Part shown: in pieces, positions 40,168 to 48,123 of the stretch
How positions within the stretch are numbered: position 1 is the first letter of the stretch
Layout: each line of letters starts with the position of its first letter
From: a virus
Length of the DNA: 64,000 nt
Reading direction: 5' to 3' (one strand)
IMG/VR virus record: IMGVR_UViG_3300013794_000014
Span: 32,001 to 96,000 of that record
The notes under the pieces: model-generated
What the model was told of the DNA's origin: nothing
Database searches by the model: none
What the model saw: only the letters and a program-made list of their open reading frames with translations
Program-made: the position numbers and the translations under genes

Positions 40168-41540
40168 TGGATATTAGTAAAGTCTATGACGTCTTAGAAG
40201 GTAAAGTCGGTATAGTCAACTCAAGAAACGCCATTAACCTTATTTGTAGTAGTATTGGTGGACATTTTTTGAACCTCTATAATCTGAAGGTACAAAACGT
40301 AATGGAGAAAGCACCAATACAGAAACAAGGATCAGTGATATCTCTAAGAAACCATTTGTTGTTCATTAGGCCTTCGGGTTTCGGTAAATCTTTGTTACTC
40401 AGGACAGCAGAATATATGTTGCCTGAAGAAATGAGAAGAGAAAACCAACTAATGACGGATATTACAGATACAGACACAGATACAGGCGATACTGAAGGAA
40501 ATGCATTGAAAATCAACTATAATGATAATGCCGGAAAAATAGTAAGGTATACTACAACAATAACAGAAGCAGGAGCGGTTGGTACATATCAAGAAGGTAA
40601 AGTGAAACCAGGATACTTCTATGAATGTCGTCAAGGATTTGTCTTAGTTGAAGAATTCTCAGCAATACTTAGTATGTTTAAGGCAACGCATTCATCAACC
40701 TTTCAACAAATACTGTTAACTGCTTTAGATTCTGGTAAAGTAAACAAACGGTTAGCTGCCGGTTCATTGGACTATGAAACACAAATGACGCTAATGGCGG
40801 GAATACAACCGGCAGTAGTAGACATTGAAGCCGGAGCTGGACTATGGAGGCGTTTTGCAATTGAACTGTTTATACCAACTATGAAGATCATTGAAAATAC
40901 AAAGCGTGCTTCAATTGAATCGTGGGATACTGAAAAGTCTCAAAAAGCGTTTGATGCATTATCAGAAATCTCAGAGTATATTTACGAGACGTTGTATTCG
41001 GGAGTGTATCACTTCAAAGGAATTACAATTACAGACGAATTCAAAGAGTTCCTAATGAAACTGAAGATATCAGCCGCACTAATTGATCATTACGTAAAGT
41101 TAGCAGCTGGATACCATTACTTTTTCGGAAATATAGAAGAAGAACATGTAGTCGTTGACATCGATAAACATTTGAGGGCGATGATTGTATCAGATTACGT
41201 TTCAAGGAAACTTATGTTATTCAATATGGCGTCATTAATTGTCATAATGTCATTGAAACAAATGTTACAAGACGGTTACAACGAAAACCACATAACGTTA
41301 CTTGATTTATTCGATTATGTATGGCACTATCAAATGAGTGAAGGTGAATTGCGATCTGTAGTCAAATTGTTACTAGACGTTGGACTACTAAGGAAGACAT
41401 CCTCCGTTACGGATCAATCCCAGTATTATCAAATAGTTGATTCACGATACTTAAATAAACTATGTAATTATACAGAATTGTTACAAGAAATATGTGCAAA
41501 AGGTGAGTTAACATATGATTCCAATTACGAACATTTATAA
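40167..41540 (+). CDS. mcm: MCM-like AAA+ helicase lacking the N-terminal domain
   Basis: HLLFIRPSGFGKSLLL, TEAGAVG, GFVLVEEF, LLTALDSGKV, LWRRF; C-terminal winged-helix-like tail. Confidence 0.7.
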   Translation: MDISKVYDVLEGKVGIVNSRNAINLICSSIGGHFLNLYNLKVQNVMEKAPIQKQGSVISLRNHLLFIRPSGFGKSLLLRTAEYMLPEEMRRENQLMTDITDTDTDTGDTEGNALKINYNDNAGKIVRYTTTITEAGAVGTYQEGKVKPGYFYECRQGFVLVEEFSAILSMFKATHSSTFQQILLTALDSGKVNKRLAAGSLDYETQMTLMAGIQPAVVDIEAGAGLWRRFAIELFIPTMKIIENTKRASIESWDTEKSQKAFDALSEISEYIYETLYSGVYHFKGITITDEFKEFLMKLKISAALIDHYVKLAAGYHYFFGNIEEEHVVVDIDKHLRAMIVSDYVSRKLMLFNMASLIVIMSLKQMLQDGYNENHITLLDLFDYVWHYQMSEGELRSVVKLLLDVGLLRKTSSVTDQSQYYQIVDSRYLNKLCNYTELLQEICAKGELTYDSNYEHL

Positions 41541-41793
41541 GCGTCTTTTAGCGTATACTTTAATCACTAATAAATTTCCTTTACAATGTGCAGAATCTAT
41601 ATGGTATTTGGTTCAACTCAGTGAGTTACCTATTTCTCTACATTATACAGATGATGGGTTCATTGAGTGCCGCCTAGTAACATATAATGTACATAAAAAA
41701 CGAGTTAAAGAATACAAAAACTTACAGCCAAGAAATGCACGTGAAGAACAAATAGTTTCAACATTTTTGCAAATGATAATGTCTGTACAGTGA
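41515..41793 (+). CDS. Hypothetical protein
   Basis: 92 aa; AGGTGA SD. Confidence 0.6.
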   Translation: MIPITNIYKRLLAYTLITNKFPLQCAESIWYLVQLSELPISLHYTDDGFIECRLVTYNVHKKRVKEYKNLQPRNAREEQIVSTFLQMIMSVQ

Positions 41794-41797
41794 TAAC

Positions 41798-42322
41798 ATG
41801 AGTCATCTTATCAATATGTTTACATGTGGGTCATATTTAGTTTCAAGAGATTGTATAAAAGTCATAGACGTGAAATTCACTGATTATGATATACAGTTAA
41901 TTTTAGATTTCATTTATCTGTTACCTATGCACGCCTATATTTTTGAGACTATATGGCTACTAGAGGCATTAACACAGTGGTTATTTGGGCTTCCGAAAAC
42001 AGAGAATGTAGTCAACACACCCAATCGAACACGTCACGACAATATGGTTGTCCTTTATGATGTTGCCAACGAATTCCCAAAATATAAGACACATAAGTAC
42101 AATATACATTTTTTAGTAGATTCTGATGATACATGTAGGAAATACTATGAACATGCTTTAAAAACAAGTTACACTGAATATAAGCGTCTTAAATCAAGTA
42201 CTACTAGACAAACATTAGACGTTTACTGTATAATCGCTAGAGAACCACAGTTTACAGTTTACTATCCTACTGAAAAAACAATACCAAGTAAATACAGAAT
42301 TGATTTTGGTGATACTAAATGA
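41798..42322 (+). CDS. Hypothetical protein
   Basis: 174 aa; translationally coupled to dcd. Confidence 0.6.
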   Translation: MSHLINMFTCGSYLVSRDCIKVIDVKFTDYDIQLILDFIYLLPMHAYIFETIWLLEALTQWLFGLPKTENVVNTPNRTRHDNMVVLYDVANEFPKYKTHKYNIHFLVDSDDTCRKYYEHALKTSYTEYKRLKSSTTRQTLDVYCIIAREPQFTVYYPTEKTIPSKYRIDFGDTK

Positions 42323-42987
42323 TTCTCGTTGATCATGAAATTAAAAAGGCAATTGAATCAGGTGAAATAGTCATTGATCCATTTGACGAAAACAACGTTG
42401 GTCCTACGTCTTATGATGTAACATTATCTCCACATTTTACCGTTTATACAAATCAGGTTTTTAATTTACAATCTGAGCCTGAATATGAATCATTGAAAAT
42501 AAAGGAAAATGAGTGTATTATTCTAATTCCGCCATTTTATGAAGCTCTTTACGATGATAGCCAAGAACTATTGTTTTTCAGAGTAAAAGGACAAATTGAT
42601 GTGCCACTAGATCCTGAACAGGTTAATTTGGCAAATATAGATGGTGACTATGCAATTTTTACATCAGTATTAGCAAGTACAAACGAATATATTAAATTAC
42701 CAGAACATATTAGTGCCGAATATACAGGTAGAAGCAGTTTAGGCCGTATCTATTTACAGTCACATCAAACTGCAGGCTGGATTGATGCTGGATTTGAAGG
42801 AACGATAACATTAGAGTTGATTGCTTTAGAATGTCCTGTTGTCTTATATCCATATACAAAAATTGGACAAATTATTTTCCATAGACATAATAAATGTAGT
42901 GTTCCGTACTGTAAACGTAAAACATCAAAGTATAATAAACAAGTAGGTGCAGTACCATCGCGAATATATTTAGATTTCAGAGACTAA
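42319..42987 (+). CDS. dcd: dCTP deaminase (Methanocaldococcus-like, possibly bifunctional dCTP deaminase/dUTPase)
   Basis: GPTSYDVTL, GRSSLGR, SHQTAGWIDAGFEGTITLE, IGQIIF, RKTSKY. Confidence 0.93.
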   Translation: MILVDHEIKKAIESGEIVIDPFDENNVGPTSYDVTLSPHFTVYTNQVFNLQSEPEYESLKIKENECIILIPPFYEALYDDSQELLFFRVKGQIDVPLDPEQVNLANIDGDYAIFTSVLASTNEYIKLPEHISAEYTGRSSLGRIYLQSHQTAGWIDAGFEGTITLELIALECPVVLYPYTKIGQIIFHRHNKCSVPYCKRKTSKYNKQVGAVPSRIYLDFRD

Positions 42988-43015
42988 TGTATATACACGT
43001 ATTGAGGTTGGTACT

Positions 43016-43621
43016 ATGAGTATTACACGTATAAAAATGAAAAAATTAGATTGGTTAAAACATAAAGATGTAATTCAGGATATGGCAATTCTGGAAGTTG
43101 ATGGTTCAGTGAACAAAAATCCTGGACATTTTGGTATTGTTGGTGTATATAATCCTTCTGATCAAACAATAACAGCGTACAAATATAAAGGTAATCGACT
43201 AACTAACCAACTACTAGAAATGCTAGCAATATACCACGGATTAGAAACATTTCAGTTGTTACATGAACGTAATAATGAACATAATAATGAACATGAGTAC
43301 AGTGAACATGAATATAGGTATGAACGTAAATGTGCAATCGTTTCTGATAGTTTAACGACAATAAACATTTTAGTAGGAATTCAAAATGTACGTAACCCAC
43401 GTCTTGTACATTTAAAACAATTAATTGAACAAAAAATTGACAGTATGTCTATTGACAATATGTTTACCGACATTTACTTAGTATATAGACGTGGGCATAC
43501 TAGACACGATTACGTTGGCAAATATATTACAAACCTAGTTAAATATTACAATAGGACAAACAATGAGCCTGATATCGAGTATGGTTTACTACAGTCATTA
43601 ATAGAACAGTTACAGTGGTGA
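43016..43621 (+). CDS. rnhA: Ribonuclease HI-like protein
   Basis: EVDGS..NPG, TNQLLEMLAI, IVSDS catalytic D/E/D pattern. Confidence 0.75.
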   Translation: MSITRIKMKKLDWLKHKDVIQDMAILEVDGSVNKNPGHFGIVGVYNPSDQTITAYKYKGNRLTNQLLEMLAIYHGLETFQLLHERNNEHNNEHEYSEHEYRYERKCAIVSDSLTTINILVGIQNVRNPRLVHLKQLIEQKIDSMSIDNMFTDIYLVYRRGHTRHDYVGKYITNLVKYYNRTNNEPDIEYGLLQSLIEQLQW

Positions 43622-43626
43622 TATTA

Positions 43627-44130
43627 ATGTACCCATATGTATATGTAATTAGTAAGCCGGCATTTGAAGTATTGACAAAAAATGGACAAGACTTATCCGT
43701 ATTAGAAGCAAATAATTTTGATTATGAAATTGTACATAAAAACGATTTAACAGAAAAGTTATTTGGCCATGTAGTAGTAATACAATCACATATATTTGAA
43801 GTCTTTGAGGCAGAAGGAAAACTTACACTTGATGATATTATTGTTGCTGATCCAACCGTTAAAGAGATTCCTGGACATAAAGAGATTACATTAATGCTTA
43901 ACGAATCATTCAAGATCATTGATATACCATTTGAATATACATTAAAGGTGTTTATACCTGAAAATGTTGAATTAAAGCCAAAACGGTTCGAATATGTTTA
44001 CAATAATATACCGTTAGCGTTTAGTTATGCAGTTCTGTTATACAAAACGGCACAAACGTACTTTGAAGAGTCAGATACAAATGAAGTAGTGTTACTAAAA
44101 GTAAAAAGGGATACATATGGTCAAAGTTAG
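43627..44130 (+). CDS. Hypothetical protein coupled to the RNA polymerase genes
   Basis: GGTGA SD; overlaps the start of the DxDGD ORF. Confidence 0.6.
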   Translation: MYPYVYVISKPAFEVLTKNGQDLSVLEANNFDYEIVHKNDLTEKLFGHVVVIQSHIFEVFEAEGKLTLDDIIVADPTVKEIPGHKEITLMLNESFKIIDIPFEYTLKVFIPENVELKPKRFEYVYNNIPLAFSYAVLLYKTAQTYFEESDTNEVVLLKVKRDTYGQS

Positions 44131-45010
44131 ATTACAAATTCCAGGATTCTACGGAGTTTTAACACAACATTTTGATAATCCAGATATCGTTTACTTGCCT
44201 TCTTATACTTCTAACATCTTTTCAACAGGACAAACGGTTTTTGTAACACGCTATCCAGACGTTGACAAAAATGCCATATTACCATTAAAAGTCCAATTTC
44301 ATGAATATCCGGTTGTTAGTATTCACATCAGTAAGTTACCATACTTAGATGCTGATATCGATGGAGATTGTGTAGCGGTTTGGTTTGGTGACAATAATTG
44401 GGAAATTGACGACATTGAAGAAAAACCCTTTGAACCATTGAAATCACTGAATTTTAGTGATATTAAGAAACGTATCAAGAAAATTTCTGAATCTATGTTA
44501 ATGGATTTATTAAATCTTAAACTCGATTTTAATCAGTATATAGAAGACGTACAATTTCGGTTTCATGTCATTGACAAAGTCCCCATGTTAACTGGCACAT
44601 TGTTTAAGCGTTTTGCTCTACAACATTATGGTTTATTCTTCTACGATTTAAAAGATAACATTAGATTTGTACTAAATGCAGAATGGAAATATGAACCGTC
44701 AAATGCATTCTTTCAAACAACAAAAAACTATGATATTTGGATAAGAGCAATACAAATAATTTGTAATCGACTAAACAATATATGTCTTAAGTTCAAACAT
44801 CCAGTTAATTCCATTGATGATTTACGTAAGGTTTTGTCATTCTTGAAAGCATGTAATATTGATACAAAATGGTTTGAAAACGAATTTGGTGTTTCACATG
44901 ATCCCAGATATACGTCAATTGAGGAGTTTACTTTCTGGTTCACTAAAGACATTGAAAAAGACGCCTTCGAAGTCTTTAAAACAGGAATCAAAACGTCTAA
45001 CAATGGTTAG
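44117..45010 (+). CDS. Minimal RNA polymerase beta'-like catalytic DPBB subunit
   Basis: VFVTRYP...VVSIHISKLPYLDADIDGDCVAV aligns with beta'/Rpo1 LNRxP...LHP...YNADFDGDxMxV. Confidence 0.82.
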   Translation: MVKVRLQIPGFYGVLTQHFDNPDIVYLPSYTSNIFSTGQTVFVTRYPDVDKNAILPLKVQFHEYPVVSIHISKLPYLDADIDGDCVAVWFGDNNWEIDDIEEKPFEPLKSLNFSDIKKRIKKISESMLMDLLNLKLDFNQYIEDVQFRFHVIDKVPMLTGTLFKRFALQHYGLFFYDLKDNIRFVLNAEWKYEPSNAFFQTTKNYDIWIRAIQIICNRLNNICLKFKHPVNSIDDLRKVLSFLKACNIDTKWFENEFGVSHDPRYTSIEEFTFWFTKDIEKDAFEVFKTGIKTSNNG

Positions 45011-45767
45011 ACCCATTACACATATTGCCACTTCACCCTATAGACAGTTCATTGGACTTAAATGTGTAGAAGGATCTATAAGTCAAGACTATTCAATGTC
45101 AAAATATGTATTGGCAAAACCAGAATGGCCACATGTATGGTTTATCGGTGGTTTAAAAGTTAGAGGTGTCAATCTGATAACGGCTATTTGTGATCATCCA
45201 TATGTTCAAAATGATGCTTTTGTACTTACTAACCATAAGCCAATTGAAATCATTGATACATCTAATGAGACGTCATTCATGTTAGGTGTAGGAGACAAGA
45301 TTGGAAACCTACATGGACAAAAAGGTGTAATTAACAATGTCTTTGACAAAAACCGTTTTGAAATTATTCCGGAAACAATTGTCAGTGATATTTGGGAAAC
45401 AAAAGCAACTACATTTAAGTATGTCGACTGTCTAATGTCTTTGACATCTGTCATTGAAAGAGGTGCATTTGGACAATTTGTAGAGTGTTCATATTCATAC
45501 GGTAAACCAATTGACGTTGAGATTGACGTACCATTTCAACCACTACAAACGGGTTACATTTATGACAACGAACTAGATGAATACTATATGGCAATATTTG
45601 GTATCTGTCATTATGTTATCATTGATAAATTTGCCAAAGATATGCAAACAGGTAAAGTGTCAATTGACTATTTTGGACTATGTAACATATTGGCAAGAAA
45701 ACGCTATGATTTACTGAAACATTACTTGAACTTAGGTGACATTGATGTCGACGTTAACAAAAGATGA
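45003..45767 (+). CDS. Minimal RNA polymerase beta-like DPBB subunit
   Basis: GVNLITAI...QNDAFVL, LGVGDKIGNLHGQKGVI, DCLMSLTSVIERGAFGQFVE, IFGICHY match beta/Rpo2 conserved regions; ATG 45003 overlaps the upstream gene. Confidence 0.85.
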   Translation: MVRPITHIATSPYRQFIGLKCVEGSISQDYSMSKYVLAKPEWPHVWFIGGLKVRGVNLITAICDHPYVQNDAFVLTNHKPIEIIDTSNETSFMLGVGDKIGNLHGQKGVINNVFDKNRFEIIPETIVSDIWETKATTFKYVDCLMSLTSVIERGAFGQFVECSYSYGKPIDVEIDVPFQPLQTGYIYDNELDEYYMAIFGICHYVIIDKFAKDMQTGKVSIDYFGLCNILARKRYDLLKHYLNLGDIDVDVNKR

Positions 45768-46407
45768 AATAAGAATGTTAATAATGGAAGAACCTAAACT
45801 ACTTCTGAAAACTGGTAAGGTATTGAATACATGGCGTCTAATTATGGGACAAAGTATAATCCCTACATTTCATATCAAATACATGGAAGCAATAACAAAT
45901 AGCGGTGAATATGTAACGCTTTACGACTTTGAAGGATTAACAGGTTATGATGAAGATGGCACACCTTACGATATAACAGATATATCAAGAATTGTTGACA
46001 TTGATGTCCATATATACTTTGAACGTAGTTATCTGTCAAATTTATCCGCCATTGAAGATGTAGTCTATTATCCACCTGAAAGTCGTTATGTGACATTAGC
46101 GTACTTAATGGATATTGAAACTGAACCACTGTATATCAATTCTTTACCAATGTTTGATCATACAAAAATTAAGTATAATTTTCGTGGAAATTTAGTTATT
46201 GGTATTGACAATTATCCAAAAATATTGCAAAAAATCAATTATATGGGTTGTAATTTGAATCCAGACTATAATGGCATGGTTAGATTTGCTTACGAAGTTG
46301 AAGTACCTTATACAATGTTTTACAACAGAAAAGTCCATAATGAGTTAGTTGATATAATACCAGGAGTTCCATTGGTTCAACATACATTAACGGTTACTCT
46401 TGTATAA
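45745..46407 (+). CDS. Hypothetical protein, possible beta' N-terminal/clamp fragment
   Basis: LTKDEIR, VHIYFERS...AIEDVVYY, INSLPMF weakly echo beta' regions A/B. Confidence 0.4.
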   Translation: MSTLTKDEIRMLIMEEPKLLLKTGKVLNTWRLIMGQSIIPTFHIKYMEAITNSGEYVTLYDFEGLTGYDEDGTPYDITDISRIVDIDVHIYFERSYLSNLSAIEDVVYYPPESRYVTLAYLMDIETEPLYINSLPMFDHTKIKYNFRGNLVIGIDNYPKILQKINYMGCNLNPDYNGMVRFAYEVEVPYTMFYNRKVHNELVDIIPGVPLVQHTLTVTLV

Positions 46408-46851
46408 GTCTTCTTCACATCCTAGAACTTTACAAATGTAATTGACAAACTTTTTAACGGGCTTAAAATAATAAAATTGTGTATGTTTTAATTTCCGTAA
46501 ATCGTAAAGTACAATGGTTGTCAGTAATGTTATTCCTGCATAATCAGCTAAATATTCAAAATTTGGTAATCCAATGTATGTTCCAATTGCACATAATGTC
46601 GAATATAACATCCAGAATACAACAGACCAACCTATCCAACGAACAGTCGCCTTTATTGCACTTTTAATGAAATGTTCACGCTCATATGGCAACGGAACTG
46701 GAGCAGAATTTAAGTAAATTAAGAAATCAATAAACAGGCCTAAAACTACAAGTATGGTGGCAAAGATAAGTATATTGACATCGAGAAATTTTACAATGAG
46801 CGCAAGTGCCAAGGGGACTTTTATACCATTAAGGAGATTAAGTAGACACAT
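46387..46851 (-). CDS. Integral membrane protein (3-4 TM; holin-like candidate)
   Basis: Several long hydrophobic segments and a basic C-terminus; AGGTGA SD. Confidence 0.6.
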   Translation of the reverse strand: MCLLNLLNGIKVPLALALIVKFLDVNILIFATILVVLGLFIDFLIYLNSAPVPLPYEREHFIKSAIKATVRWIGWSVVFWMLYSTLCAIGTYIGLPNFEYLADYAGITLLTTIVLYDLRKLKHTQFYYFKPVKKFVNYICKVLGCEEDLYKSNR

Positions 46852-46863
46852 GGTGATTCACCT

Positions 46864-47469
46864 ATGATACTATATCAATGTAGTAAATGTGCAAAGACGT
46901 TTGCGGCTACAAATCCTAAACATTGTCCATACTGCCAATATCAACACCTCCAAATTTTATCACATTACAGAGTACAGGTATTTAATACATCAGATGTTAA
47001 ATCGAAACGTGACAAGTACTCTGTATCATTTGATATTCAAGTGGATTCTAGTGATCCAGGAAAAACAATTCCGGAGATACTATGTAACATATTGAAGTTG
47101 CCATCTATATCAATTCGTCATGTTATTGATAACCCATATGTGAGTCGAATCAAACGCTGCCATAAGACAACAAAGCGAGTCACCTATGAATATCCTGTTA
47201 CCGTTGAATTACGTGTTTATTCACCACAACGAGCATATGTACTGTTAGATTCTGAAGACAAAGAAGCGTTCAGTTATCTTGTATCTCAGTATAAACAACA
47301 TGGATGGAAGGTACTAGATTTACGTCATTCTAAAGTATCGTTTATTAGAATTGTTAGGCGGTTCTTAAATACATTTATAGTACCACGACTTAAAAATGAC
47401 GTCGTCCGTAAAGACATTTTATGCCTCATAACAGATGATGGTGATTCTTCTGACAACGATAGTTGTTGA
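46864..47469 (+). CDS. Zn-ribbon protein with an Rpo12/RpoP-like N-terminus
   Basis: MILYQCSKCAKTF...HCPYCQYQHL (YxCxxC...CPYC). Confidence 0.5.
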   Translation: MILYQCSKCAKTFAATNPKHCPYCQYQHLQILSHYRVQVFNTSDVKSKRDKYSVSFDIQVDSSDPGKTIPEILCNILKLPSISIRHVIDNPYVSRIKRCHKTTKRVTYEYPVTVELRVYSPQRAYVLLDSEDKEAFSYLVSQYKQHGWKVLDLRHSKVSFIRIVRRFLNTFIVPRLKNDVVRKDILCLITDDGDSSDNDSC

Positions 47470-48049
47470 TTCTAGAGAAAAAAAATTAATTGAAAAGGTA
47501 CATCAACGACTCAGAAAGAAAAACATCGAACATATTGATGTGGAAGTTAGAGCTCTAGATGCTGGCGACTTCCTAATAACGTTAGATGACGGCACTAAAT
47601 ACTTATTTGAACGAAAAACGCTTAATGATTTTCAGAACTCTATTTTAAGTAAACGTCTGTGGAATCAACTGTATAAGTTACAAAATAAACTGATTAATGG
47701 TGATGTCGACAAAATTGGTTTAGCTGTCACTAATTTTTACTTTAATAAACATACAAAACCCAACGTCATATATGGTGCTCTAGGATCAATATACAGACGT
47801 TTTAGTATGGACGTACTATTTTTCAAAACTAATACGCAATTCTTAGATTTCATATTCAAAATAGGGAGTAAACCAAAAGCACAAATGGACGTTAAACCAG
47901 AATACTTGTTACAGCCACTACTTGGTTCTATTGACAATATTAAAAACGTTGATATCATTGTAAAGACGTCAAAGAAAAAACATAAGCGTAAAGAAAGAAC
48001 TGTAGAGACAAAACATTTCCCAATAAACATTAGGTACATAAAAGAGTAA
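47435..48049 (+). CDS. ERCC4/XPF-family structure-specific nuclease
   Basis: IVVDSRE, LDAGDFLI, FERKTLNDF. Confidence 0.88.
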   Translation: MMVILLTTIVVDSREKKLIEKVHQRLRKKNIEHIDVEVRALDAGDFLITLDDGTKYLFERKTLNDFQNSILSKRLWNQLYKLQNKLINGDVDKIGLAVTNFYFNKHTKPNVIYGALGSIYRRFSMDVLFFKTNTQFLDFIFKIGSKPKAQMDVKPEYLLQPLLGSIDNIKNVDIIVKTSKKKHKRKERTVETKHFPINIRYIKE

Positions 48050-48059
48050 AAGAGTAATG

Positions 48060-48111
48060 GAATAAACAAATAAATAAACGAATAAATAAACGAATAAACA
48101 AATAAACGAAC
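48060..48111 (+). repeat. Intergenic tandem repeat (AATAAAC/AATAAACG units)
   Basis: aataaacaaataaataaacgaataaataaacgaataaacaaataaacgaac. Confidence 0.75.
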
Positions 48112-48123
48112 AGGTGATTTCTA

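Noticed and set aside
44859-45002. ORF-track N-terminal extension of the beta-like subunit
   Set aside because: It overlaps the upstream gene by about 150 nt; homology begins at ATG 45003.
44117-45767. PolD large subunit or a decayed host rpo pseudogene
   Set aside because: The motifs are RNAP-type (DxDGD with RxP; GDK/HGQKG). Both ORFs are intact with clean internal deletions and retained catalytic residues, which fits a streamlined functional gene rather than decay.
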